Source: Carcharhinus longimanus (lineage: Eukaryota). Taken from it: DNA of 64,000 nt. The translations under genes and the position numbers were made by a program. Positions 37,960-50,939 of this stretch are shown here, one piece after another (position 1 is the first letter of the stretch; every line of letters begins with the position of its first letter). The notes beneath the pieces are model-generated. The model made no database searches. It worked only from the letters and a program-made list of their open reading frames with translations, and had not been told where the DNA came from. The DNA is taken from assembly GCA_030264375.1 (NCBI GenBank), contig JASCQW010000119.1:47793418-47857417 (forward strand), given 5' to 3'.

Positions 37960-38602
37960 GAAAGTTCTACGCTCCATCAAAAGATTGCCCACATTTATAA
38001 CATCACCCACTCTGCCCTGCCTCCACCCATCTGCTGTGGAAAACCTCATTCATTCACAGCTAGACTTGACTATTCTAATCTCATCAGCCCTCAACCGTGG
38101 ATAATCTCAAGTCCTTCACCAAAATAAATTATTTTCATAGTCGAACCTGTACTGGGTCCTATTCACCATCAAAGTCTTGTTCACTGACCTTACGATGGCA
38201 CCTGCCTCCCAAACATCTCCCAAGTTAAAATTCATTCATGTTTAAATCCCTCGAGCCTTGAATGTTGCTCTTTTTCACTTCCTTCAAACACATGCCTTTG
38301 AAGGACTTAGTAGCCTTCTGATTCTGGTCTTTCATACATTCCCAATTATAGTTCCACCATCGTTAGTGGCTGTGCCTTTGGTTGCCTAGGCCCTAAGCTC
38401 AAATTCCCTCCCAACACTTCTCCATTTCTTTACCATGCTTTCCTCATTTACAAGACTACTTAAAACCCACCTTTTTGACCAAGCTTTTGATCATCTGCCC
38501 TGATATCTGTGTGGTTCATGGTTATATTTTGTTTTATAATGCCACTAGGAAGTGCTTTGGGATATAAAATGTTAAAGGCACTATATAAATACAAGTTGTT
38601 GT
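37960..38602 (+). mobile_element. L2-like LINE 3' fragment
   Basis: agacttgactattctaat (RLDYSN-like); tail ttaaaggcactatataaatacaagttgttgt. Confidence 0.7.
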
Positions 38603-38739
38603 ATTTAGGACTAATTTGGGCTGTATGAATTTATTTGTATTGGTTGCCTTTTTCTTGTTTCTGGAGTCGCATTATAAAAATCCACCATTACCAAATCCTC
38701 AGCCACTCAATTTCCTCAATGACTTATTCCCCAAACCTA

Positions 38740-40283
38740 GCATTAGAGACCAGATCAAAAACTCCCAAGGTATATTATAAAGTTAACCTTGACTCCAACT
38801 GTTTTTAAATTTTGGTATCAGTGTGAGCATGAAGCAATCGTTCCAGATTCTAGTGAACTGCTAGGGAGCTTATATTAAAACAAACTTCATTTAACAACAC
38901 AGTTAAAATATAACTTTTACCAGCACTTAAACATGGCAGGGTATAATCATAAAAGTTAACTTTCTTTATTGCTCCAATCAAAAATCCCTCTTCAGAATCA
39001 GCACAAAAATGTAGCTGGATGCTAGATTTCTAGACTTTTAACCCTCTGGAGAGATACAGACGCCTGTTCCTGACTCCCAAACAGCAGCCTCCAGAGAAAG
39101 ATCTTTCTCCAAACAACAGAACATCAGAGAGACTTCTATCCTGGTAGGTTCCAGTCTCCAAATCCAGAGAAACAGAGCTGCTTCTCTTTAACAATTCCAA
39201 GCATGGCCTGTCCTTGTTTCTCTTGATGTTAATGTATCTTTAAGAGAGTTTTGTTTAAAAACTTGATTTCTGCAGCTCACAGCTTCAGTGATGTCATTGT
39301 TGCTGGCTTGACTGGAACTTTCCTTTTATTACTGTTTAAATTGGGTTGTTTGTGTGTACTCTGGGATTAGTTTTACAATCCTGCATTTTAGGAGAAAAAG
39401 TAATGTGTTTTTGAACAGATTTTTTTTCCATTTTCAGTTTGGAGCTGCAGGTTTGCATCTTAGTTTTAGAAGGGACAATAAGCTAAAAAGGAGTGTTCTC
39501 CCTCCCTGTTGTCTTGGAAATTCTGTTGGTTAGTTGAAAACAAAATCTTGTGTTTTCCTGAAGGGTGAAAATCTGTTGTGGTTGGGAACTGGGTCAGAGT
39601 CTCTCTGGTTTTGGGAAGCTACTTTGTCTTCAAACTGGAGCAAATTCAGAGAACTGTAGACTTCAAAAGATTAAATTTCCATTATCACTTGAGCAATAGA
39701 CTTTGCTGTATTGAACCTTTGTCTATAGCAAGGGCTTTGGTTTGATTGTTATACATTTGTTAAGGGTTGTACATTATAGTGGTGGTTTTGTTTCTTGTTT
39801 GTAATTGATAGAAGTTCTTCCTAATTTTCTTACTATACTTGTTGACTATGTTCGTAAATGAACTTTGATAAAAGCTCCCTAGTGTGTCATTTGAGTTGTA
39901 TCTGAAGTGAAGTCTACACATCTATCCTAGGCAAATTCAAGATGCAAAACTTATGATCCAGGTGGGCTCTGTAAAACACTGGAGTTTCTGACCTGAACCA
40001 TAACAATCTATAAGCCTAGTCCCACCCAATCGCATGATTTTTCTTATCTATCAACCTAATCAAGTCCCACTCTGAAAAACACCAGGGGAAAACACTAAAG
40101 TAACAACAGTGTTAGCCCAGATTAAAACAAACATTCCAGCAATTTGGATCAATTATGTTTCTGCAGAATCAACATAGGCTGTTGGTTATGGACAAAGCAG
40201 CACCAGTAAATAGAACTGACTCCTTTAAAAAAACCGGCACAAGAAACATGGCATGAATACATTTCTTAAAAGTATAATCTCAC
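38740..40283. mobile_element. Nested LTR-like elements: a + strand solo LTR (~39210-40005) inside a related - strand solo LTR
   Basis: The reverse complement of outer 38856-38894 (taaatgaagtttgttttaatataagctccctag) matches inner ~39855-39882 (taaatgaactttgataaaagctccctag). The inner copy ends ...ccataaca. No TSD found. Confidence 0.5.
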
Positions 40284-42242
40284 TGCTGGTAACAAGCAAA
40301 AGGCATTACTCTAATCAGTACTCAATTCAATACATAAACTGTATTGTAACCTGTAATAAAGACTTTAAAATGTTGTTTAGTAATTTTCTAAAGGAATCCC
40401 ATTGAGTGATGTTTCCAATGCCGCTGGATTGCGTGATTTGCTATTCCCATTGTAGGGAGGTTGTTTTAAAATGTAAGAACATAAGAATTCTGAACAAGAG
40501 TGGACTATCTATCTCAGCCTGCTGCACCATGCATTAAAATGATGATTAATTTGATTGTGGCTTTAACTACCCATTCCTGTCCATCTGCCTGGGTTTCTTC
40601 TGGGTGCTCTGGTTTCATCCCACAGTCCAAAGATGTGCAGATTAGGTGGATTGGCTATGCTAAATTGTCTCTTAGTGCCCCAGGATGCGTGGATTAAGTG
40701 GAATAGTGGGGTACATACGTGGGTTTATGGGGATAGAGCTTGGGTGTAGGGTGCTCTGTCATTGATGAAGAATGGATGGACCAAATGGCCACCTTCTGCA
40801 CTGCAGGATTTCTATGTTCTTCCATAAGCTTTGACTCCCTTGTAGACCAGCAATATGTCTAATTCAATCTTGAATATATTTAATGACACAGCCTCCACTG
40901 CTTTCTGGGAATGAGAATTCCAAAATCTGACTAGTTTTTGAGGGGACAAATTCCTCCTCACCTCCATCTTAAATGGGAAACTNNNNNNNNNNNNNNNNNN
41001 NNNNNNNNNNNNNNNNNNNNNNNNNNNNNNNNNNNNNNNNNNNNNNNNNNNNNNNNNNNNNNNNNNNNNNNNNNNNNNNNNNGAATTAAGGGTTATGGGG
41101 AGAAAGTGGGAAAGTGGAACTGATCCACTTCAGATCAGCCATGATCTTGTTGAATGGCGAGGCAGGCTCGAAGGGCTAGATGGCCTACTCCTGCTCCTAT
41201 TTCTTATGTTAAGAAATATAAAAGTACTACTTGCTTTAGATTTGGTTATAATTCCAATTAGATGTGCATTTGATCAGATGAACATTTAAAATGTCATAGA
41301 ATACAAGGATATGGAACAAGTGCCAGAAAATGGAATTAGAATAGATAGGTGCTTGATGGCCAGGGTAGATACAGTGAGCCAAAACTCTATACGACTCTTT
41401 AAGGTCAAAAACTGGGAGATATCTACTGCAGTACCTAGATCATGGCAAAAAACTGGAATGTATCTAACTTTGGCTTTTGACCCAAATATCACTAATTTGA
41501 TCTGCAAAAGCAAGCTGTCTAACTTTTACATTTGAGTGCACCAAGAGATTGAACAAATGTACACGTTAGCTGGTAAGTAACATTGCTTCAAAAAGGTTTT
41601 CTGATGTATGTCCATCCTGATATTGACCATTCTAATGGCAAGGAAAACTCTTAACTGCTGTTGGCTTTCCAGGTATGAGAGAGGCAAACAGTAACCTATT
41701 ATAAAGCCTTTGTGCTTTTGAACTTAACTTTGATACATATTATAGAGTCATAGTCATACAGTATGGAAGAGGCCCTTCAATCCATTGACTCTACACCGAT
41801 AAAACTACACTAAATCTACAGTAATCCCACTTTCCAATACCTGGCCCATAGTCTTGAATGTTATTTTTTAAAGGCGGTGAGATTTCCCATCTCTACTATC
41901 CTTGCAAGCAGTGCATTCCAATCTCCCACTAACCTTTGGGTGAAGTATGTTTCCTCAAAACGCCTCTAAACCTCCTGTTCTCACCTTAAAATTAAATCCT
42001 CTCGTTACTAACCCTTCAACTATGTGGAACAGAGGTTTCCTTTCCATCCTGTCCATAGTTGTGCAAATCTATTTTCTACTTTTCTTTCTCACAACTCTCA
42101 TAAGAGTTAAGAGAGGATTGGTGTTTATGAAGTGACTATACTTAATGACTAGAGGAATTGTTACCTCTCCTCTTTCCAATAGTATTTTCATACTGTAATG
42201 TACTTTGCACTGACTTCAAGTTCATTTTGCTGTTAAGAGTAC

Positions 42243-42567
42243 ATAGAATAGAATAGCATCCCTATAATACAGAAGGAGGCTATTCGGTCCATCAAGTCTG
42301 CACCGACCACTAACCCAACCAGACCTTATTCCCATAACCGCACATACTTACCCTGCTAGTCCCCCTGACATTAAAGGGCAATTAGGCTAATCCATCTAAC
42401 TTGCACATGTTTGGACTGTGGAAAGAAACCAGAGCACTCGGAGGAAACCCATGCAGACATGGGGAGAGTGTGCAAACTCCACACAGACAGTGATCCGAGG
42501 TCGGAATTGAACGCAGGTCTCTGGCGCTGTGAGGCAGCAGTGCTAACCACTATGCCACCGTGCTGCC
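42243..42567 (-). mobile_element. HE1/V-SINE-like SINE, near full length
   Basis: Minus strand reads gggcagcacggtggcatagtggttagcactgctgcctcacagcgccagagacctgcgttcaattccg, then V-like core and (TTCTA)n tail. Confidence 0.85.
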
Positions 42568-43494
42568 CAAAACATATATTTTGGAATATCATCTTAAATG
42601 TATAGTTAACTTCAATTTCAATGATGCATATCAATTTACAGTGCTATTAATACCTTTATTTTATATACTGATTAGATCTTTCATAGAATAATAAAAACAC
42701 AGACCTGTTACAGCAGACAAGAAACTAGAAGCCAACGAAAGAGCAATTGGGTATGCAGAGATCTGTCTGAAAAAAACATAAAATAATTCTTTTAATTACA
42801 TGAACCCAGCATTTTAATTTTTTTACAAAGGAAGTGAAGTAGGGAAAGGGTTAATGGATTTTGTACCTAGAATATTTCACAAACATAACCCTTTATCATA
42901 ACTGATCTTCTCAAGCTTATACTGCTCATGGCATTAATATAAGTTATTTGTTCATGTCTTACATGCTTTAACTTTCATTTTTATAATGACAGATAGTTTA
43001 ATGTGGCTGTTTTATTTTGTAGACTCTACAATTCTTTCCTATTTGTGTTAGTTGGACATCATTACACAGATGGTAGTTTACAATACTGACTTTTAACAGC
43101 TGCTGATGGCAGATCGCAATACTGGCTTTTAACAGGAAGAGTCCTGCTGGGACAGCCGTGATCGCACAAATAACTTCAAAGACAGGGATGCCGGTACTGC
43201 TGCAGAGGGGTTTTGAATCATGACCGGATTAAGCCGGTGCAGCTGCTAGCTGGACAGTAAATTGTGATTAAATCTGGGGCTGAATCTTGGCTGACCAAGG
43301 AAGGAAGACCTGAAGGTCTGGCAAGAATTGGAACTTTGAATCATGATTGACACTAAGACTCATGATGTATAAATGCCCACTTGTGTTTGTGTTCTATGAG
43401 AAGTTTGATAGTCCCTGCTTCTCCCAAAGCTCTTGAATGAACACCAGAGCTTTGAAATAAAAACCACTGTATTTTGACTCATTAACAGTCTGAG

Positions 43495-45300
43495 GTATTA
43501 TTTTACCTACAACACTACCTAACTTTGTATCGTCAGTGAATCTGGCTACGATGCACTTGGTCCCTTCATCCAAGTTATTAATAAACGGCACCCCACTGGT
43601 AATAGTTTGCCAAATTGGAAATGTCCCATTTATTCCAACTTTGTTTCCTGTTAGTTAACTAATCTTCTAGCCGTGCTAACATAGCACCGCCATGAGCTGC
43701 TGTGTTGTGTGGTCTTTTTATGTGGCACTAAATTGAATGTCTTTGGAAATCCAAATGCACTACATCTATTGGTTCCCCTCTAATAAATTTGTCAAACATT
43801 ATTTACCTTTCATAAAACCATGTTGACTCTGCTTTATTGTGTTATGGATTTTCAAAATTCTCTGCTGTTATAATAGATTCAAGTATTTTCCCAATGTCAG
43901 ATCTTATGCTGACTGGACTACCATATTCTGCTTTTTTTTTGTTGTTTCCTTCCTTTCTCGAATAGAGGTATTAGATTTGCAGTTTTCCAATTGACTGGGA
44001 TCTTACCAGAATTTAGAAAGTTACAGCCAATGTGTCCATTATTTTTGCAGTCACTTAGTTAAGTCACTAGATGCAAATCATCAGATCCAAGGAATTTTTC
44101 AGCAGTTAGTCCCATTCATTCTCCTTGTATTTTCTGTCTAGTGATTATTATAAGTTCTTCCCTCTTTGCCTCTTGATTCACCACTATTGGAGTGTTTTTG
44201 TCTTTTGTGAAGTGAAATGCAAAATATTTGTTCAAAGCCTCTGCTATTTTCTTGTTTCCCCGTTATTAATACTTCAGTCTCGTTCACCAAGGGACCAATT
44301 ACTTTAGCTACGCTGTACCTTTTTATATATTTGTAGAAATGCTAGTTTACTCTGATTCTAATTTTTTTCTTTAGTCATCCTTTTGGGAAGCTGTTAGAAA
44401 TCAACCTTCTCACTTGCCAATGATGATTGCAGAATTGAACAGTTTTTCTTTCCATTTGATACCTTCTTCAACATTAGCCATGAATGATGCATCCTTCCCA
44501 GACTTTTTCAATGGAATATATCTTTTGAAAATTTTGAAACGCCTCCTTTAAATGTGTGCCATTGCTCGACCTGCTTACCCCGCAATCTACTTTCCCAGTG
44601 CACTTCAGTCAGTTTTGTTTTCAACCTTTTTTAATTACCTTTTATTTAAATTTAAGATGTTACTATGAGACTCAAGTTACTCACCCCTGAACTGAATATG
44701 AAATTTTACCATGTTTTGACCACTCCTGATGGGAGGATCCTTTTCTTTATAAAATTATTAATTATATCCCATTGTGTATTACCAGGTATAAGATATGTTC
44801 CCTGGATGGTTCCAGAATGTACTGTTCTGAGAATTTGTCCCTTTGACCTCATCCTCCAAACTATTTTTGCTAATTTGACCTGTCCAATTTCTATGAAAAT
44901 AAAACTGTTCATGTTTTTCACAGTTCCTTCCTGACTATATTCATCCTACAGTGTAGCTACTGTTTGACAGTGGGGTGTGGGGAGAGCTGTAAATGACTTA
45001 ATTCAGTGGCTCCTTTCCTGTGTTATTTCTCATCTCCACACAAACTGATTCTGCATTTTGAACATTTCAGTGAAAATCATTTCTCATCCTTTCATTTCAG
45101 TTCCTAGTCTTGGTCACCTGCAACCGTGTCACATCATGCCCATTTATTTCAATTTGTGTTATCTATTTGTGTATCTTGTTACAAATGCTGCAGGTAATCA
45201 GAGCCTTTAATTTTTGTTGTCTTAATAATTTTCCTTACTATGATTTGATTTGCTGATGCAAGTTCTTTCTCTTCATGTCACACTTTAGGTATTATTACCC
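43495..45300 (-). mobile_element. Old degenerate CR1 LINE ORF2
   Basis: FINNLDEGTKCIVARFTDDTKLG (43394-43591) is the CR1 RT FADD region; further decayed ORF2 lies upstream on the minus strand. Confidence 0.7.
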
Positions 45301-46666
45301 ATATCACTATATTATTACCCATATCAAGCCTTGTTCTTTCTCATTAACTTTCCAAACCTCCTCTCATCTGATTGCTCCCGGCACCAAAACTGTCTCTACA
45401 GCCCTAGTTTTATGATTTGCCTAGATCCCAATGCAGATCTTGAGGTGAAGAAAGACTCTTTGATTCAGTGAAGCTTGTCTCTCTCGAGCATTAATTGTCC
45501 ATTCCCTACCCCTAGCAGACCTTGGTTTAATATTATCATATACAGCAATTTTAAACCAAGGACTGCTGCCTCAGTAAGATTCTACTCCAGTTCTGTTTTA
45601 AAGCTGTGTTGTAAGTGCATGAAGCTGTTACTGTACACTATCCTGAGAGACAGTATTAATGGCTAGATCACTACTTGGGCAGACACAGCTTGAGACACTC
45701 AGACTTGATTTTCTGCCATGACATCAATTTTGAGTTCCATTGAGTGTGTCTCTGGATGAGCATGCCCTGCTCTGACTAGACTAGTTAGGAATGACTATCA
45801 TAGAAACCACTTTCAGTGACCTATCCATCCTGGGACTAAATATTTCCCTTCCGGCAATAGGCACAAGGATTTCAGTCACTCCAGTCCAATAAGCAAATAC
45901 ATTTTAGTAACTCCCCTGACTTCCAATAACCATAAGAACTTGTATTACTACTACAAAACAAAGACTTCTTGGCAATGATCACACTGCGTTGAGCCACCAA
46001 AAATATAAATAGCAACTCGCAATAATATAGTTCTCCTTATTTGCAGACTGATGTGTGTTTCATATTTCCACTTTGTAGCTCTGCAGCAGCTAGTAGTGAA
46101 AATAATTAGGCCAATTGATATGCCAAAGGGGTGAACTCTGAGCCAAACTGTCTTGTCTTATGTTGGGTTTTGTAATAATACCGTGAACAGGGTATTGAGA
46201 AATGGAAGGAAAAGTGGAGGGACTAGATTAGGGAACTTTAAAGTTTTGGGAATAATTTTGTCAATGACCAGGAGATGCCAAGACAGAACTGGGCAAAGGA
46301 TTCTTAATGAAATTGACAGAAGCTGAATGGCTAGTTTACATGAAACAGTGTGTGTTTGTGTGTGCACAGGATATAAGGCAGGAACAAATCTCAAATTTGG
46401 AGAAAGGCCATGGAAGCTCTTGCAAACCAGGATAAGAATTTTGATATCAATTAACTAGAGCACAAGAAACCTGAAGAGCACAAGTGATTGGGCGTGTAGG
46501 ATTTGGATTAAATGCAACATGAGTTAGTGTTTTAAATGAGTAAATTTTGTTTGCAGCTTTGAAAAAGCTGCTCTCGACAACACTCCAAAGCATCTAGAAT
46601 GACTGTGCAAATTAATTAAAACATCCTTGATGTACGTACGTATAATGCCACCATGACGTGGTAAAA

Positions 46667-46937
46667 GGGCGGTAAGGTGGCACAAGGATTAGCACTGTTG
46701 CCTCACAACAGCAGGGAACTGGGTTCAATTCCCGGCTTGGGTCACTCTATGTGGATTCTGCATCTTCTGTGTCTGCGTAGGTTTCCTCCCACAGTCCAAA
46801 GATGTGCAGGTGGGTTGGCCATGCTAAATTCTCCCTCATTGCACCCAAACAGGCACTGGAGTGTGGAGACTGGGGGATTGTTGCAGTAACTTCATTGCAG
46901 TGTTGATGTCAGCCCACTCGTGACAATAAATAAACTT
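46667..46937 (+). mobile_element. HE1/V-SINE-like SINE
   Basis: ggtggcacaaggattagcactgttgcctcacaacagcagggaactgggttcaattcccggc...gtgacaataaataaacttt. Confidence 0.8.
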
Positions 46938-47769
46938 TATTATCTGGTACCATGCATAGGACGTGTGACAGAATTTATATCTTTGTATAAAAAAACTTTT
47001 CACAAAATATTCCCACTTCTGTATTGCAAATGTGAAGGAAGGCAAAGAGCCATGATGTTAAACCACCCCATAGGTTAATGTAATTCATTGCACATGAGGT
47101 GCTGTTGTATCATTTTAGTCTTTTCCATTTCCTCATGGGAACTGTTGTTGTTAGTGCACCTTCACATCCATACTGTTTTTTACACTTTGGTAGAAATGGT
47201 GGAATGATTTCCAAGCTGATTATCAGCCCTCTGCAACAGATTGAATGCACTTACAATGGCCTTGGCATTGGGATTTGAACCAGGAGCTTCTGGTCTGTTG
47301 GTTGGGGTGCTCCTACTGTGCCATGAGGCTGTCACAGTGGGAATTGACACAATTAGACTTTATTGAAAACAGAAGTTGAAGATCAGTTCTGAAAATAGCT
47401 AACCTTTGCCTGTCTTGAGATGCACATCAGAAACAAACTAATTTTAAATTGATTTGACCTATCAACAAAAGGAATTCATTCATTTGTGGCCAAGGGTACT
47501 AAGCAGCCCATTACACCAAACCTGCATAAAATTCCTGATAGACTGGTGGTGCTTGTGGTTAGAAAATTGACCGTTAAAGCTTTGTTCTTTACCAGAGCAA
47601 AATTTGGAACATGTAATTCAAGTAGCGTTTTCTCACCAAATAAACATTTTTTTTGATGTACCTGTATTAAGATTAAAATGGCAAACTGTTGAGATGAGTG
47701 TGTCTTTGGCCAAGTAAATGAATGAGTGGGGAAGGGAGAAAACCATCCCTTTGCAAATACTGTAATTCT

Positions 47770-48808
47770 CCTTTTCCACTTAACTGCAGACTTTGATGTG
47801 ATTGACCATTTCACTATTCTTCAACATTGCTCCACTGGCCAGCAGATTCTGTCCTGCCTTACCAAAAGAATGGCCTGTAATGTCGTTTGCCCATTATCGC
47901 TCAAGTTCCCCGAGGATCTGCGAATGACAATTTCTTGTTTATCATTTGCATACTATCCTTCATCACGATAATCTACAAACTTATTGGATTCCACATGCAC
48001 ATAGTAGACATGCAGCTTTAACTCACCACCATTATTCACCTCTTCTGATTTCTTACAATGTTTGCCTGACATTTAGTATTGGATGAGTAGAAATTTCCTC
48101 TAATTAAACATTGGGAAGCTAAAGCCACTGTGTCCTGTCTAAACTTCAATCTCCCGCCACTGACTCCACTCATCTATTTGGCCTTGTCTAAGAGAGAATC
48201 ACACCATCACCATTACTGCCTCATTCCATCTTTGTAACATTGCCTGACTTTGCTGCTAAAGGCCATCATTGATGCTCTTGTTACAATAAGACTCAATTAT
48301 TCCAATGCTCTTTTGGTCAGAAGTCCACCTACTACTATCTGTAAGCTTCTGTTCATCCAAACATTTGCAGCCCATACCTTAAATTAATTTACTTGTCACC
48401 CGTGTGTTTGCTGACCCACATTAACTCCCCAGTCTAGCAAGGCCTTGAATTAAAAATTCTCAACCCTGTGTTCAAATCCTTCCCTTTGACCCTTTCTACC
48501 TTTGTTAGCTCCTATAGTCTCCTGAAATCTGTGCAGTTTTCTAATTATGACTTGTTGCGTATCTCTAATTTCCATTGCCCCAATGTTGGTAGATATACAT
48601 TCAGCTACCTTGGCTTTAAGCTTTAGAATCCCCTGTCTAAATCTCTCCATTTCTTTCAATCTTGTAAAAAAGCCCCTTAAAATGTACGTTTGACAAAGTT
48701 TTAGATCATCTGTCTTGATACGTGTTCAATTTATTTTCTCATAATGCTCTTGTAAAGTGCCTTGAGATATTTTATCATAAAGATTCTATATAAATTTGAG
48801 TTGTTGTA
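47770..48808 (+). mobile_element. Old L2-like LINE fragment
   Basis: cttaactgcagactttgatgtgattgaccat (LSAAFDTVDH-like), agactcaattattccaatgctctt, and an L2-type tail. Confidence 0.6.
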
Positions 48809-50219
48809 ATATATTATCAGCGCACACACTTCTTCTCCTTAGTTTTTACTTATTGGGAAATACACCAAGATTTTGCTGCCAATGTCCATAATTGTTAGCG
48901 TGGAATTTGCCACACGTTTTCTTCCTCTAAAAATAGCTTTTCAGGCTAAAAGCAATCTGACAAGTGATGCACAAGACACGGAAATCCTGTCTGTAAACAT
49001 AATTTCACACCGTATCTGCTGCAATTTGATTTTCCACTTATTTTCACCTTTGGAAATTCTGAACTACTGGAAAAATCCCAAGTGCATTTAAGACATCTTG
49101 TGATACTGAACTGAAAAGTATTGTGTGGAAACAAAATTCACAGAGAGAATGTCATCATCAGTACAATAACCTTGAAAATGACAGCAATTACCCTAGATTA
49201 TGTGGTAGTTGGATACATAACTGCATAAACTTGCTAGTATGATTTTTGTTATGCATCCTCTTCCCACTAAGGCAGAGTGGACCCTTCAGCATTTGACGGG
49301 ATGATAACTTGCGGCATATGTTGGGTGCACACAGCGGATCAGACATTGCTGAAAATACGACAGTTGAATGTGATGTTGTTAGTAATGTGCAAATCAGCCA
49401 GCAACGTGTAGTGACGAGGAAGAGATACCTGTGAATTGCAAAATTGGCTGCATGAGAAAGTATCTCATGCTTGACAGCCCCAATGATTTTCAAGAAATTG
49501 TTAGAATCGCCCATTAAAATTGCTCCAAAAAGCCAAGTCTAGTGCATGTGCCCCTTTAACAACATGGTAATTGCAATTGATCCCTCTTGATCAGAAAGTG
49601 AACAATTGAAAGTGTGGAATCTCGTTCCTTCAGATTGGGATTTGTCTTAAACTTTAAAATGTCAAGTTTAAATTTTCTTTTTTGTTTTCCTTTCTCTCTT
49701 CTTCACTTCACCTCTTTTTGTATCTGATTTGACATTGCCTTTACATACTCTAATTCCCTCTGTTTTATTTCACAATCCTTGAATCTTGGTTGAGATAGTA
49801 TTTTTCCTTCACTCAGCAAGGTCCCAAATGCTATCTTGCCCTGCATGTGCTGTAATTCGCTCTCTCTTCCAGCAAGTTTTCAGGTGAAAAATTGTAAAAC
49901 CTGAATGTGCATAAGTAAGACTAATCAGCAGAACTTTTAAAGCTCCATCATGAGATGTGAGTGTCAGTGCCAAGGCCAGGCACAAAGTTGCCATCGAAGC
50001 TGAAGAACAGGCTATTGATACCTGCTGTAGGTGATGGGTTGAGTACAACATGGAGATGCCTTGTTCAGCCTGAGATAATAGTTGAAAGGAGCTTTGAATC
50101 TGTGACAAGGGTCAGAATTTTGAGATAGTTTCTGTATGTGGTGACTTCAGTCTTTCTGATGCTTGACTGGAGCATGTTGAGGCCCATTTGTGGGCATCAA
50201 TTTGAAATTTTTTCTGTTT

Positions 50220-50477
50220 AAAGTTTATTTGTTGGTGTCACAAGTAGGCTTACATTAACACTACAATGAAGTTACTGTGAAAATCCCCCAGTCACCACAT
50301 TCTGGTGCTGGTTCGGGCACACTGAGGGAGAATTAAGCATAGCCAATGCACCTAACCAGTACAGCTGTTTGATTATGGGAGGAAACCAAAGCACCCGGAA
50401 GAAACCCATGTGTGGATTTTGCAAAGACAGTGACCCGAGGCCGGAAATTGAACCTAGATCCCTGGTGCTGTGAGGCA
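50220..50477 (-). mobile_element. HE1/V-SINE-like SINE
   Basis: Homologous to the copy at 7575-7860. Confidence 0.8.
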
Positions 50478-50939
50478 TTGTCATTCATTTGCCATCTCAG
50501 AGACAATATTAATGCTCTACACCACATTTTTTAGCCCCATCCTTTGTAATGTGTTAATGCAGTCCCATGCTTCATCTATCATTTTTGTTTTAAACATACA
50601 TATTAACATGTGTGTTGTCCATGAGAACACATCCTGCAGGAGAGCAGAAGCACCTCCTAATTGTTTAAGTAGAAGAGATGCTGTGCTACCAGTGAGTTTT
50701 CCAGAGCAAGCGGTAGGAATCAGTTTGAAAGAAACCCAAATGAGTGGAGGGATTAATCAACTTTGACCTGAAATGATAAGTTTCCAACATCCAGCATTGT
50801 GAGATTTCGTTACAGATTACAATTTATAAATTCGCAATAAGAGAAGCATCCCATTTCTCAGCTACAAGTGTTCACATTAGTGAACACTAGACTCAGTACC
50901 ATAATAATAAAGAATATTGGCATCAAAATGTCCTGTCTG

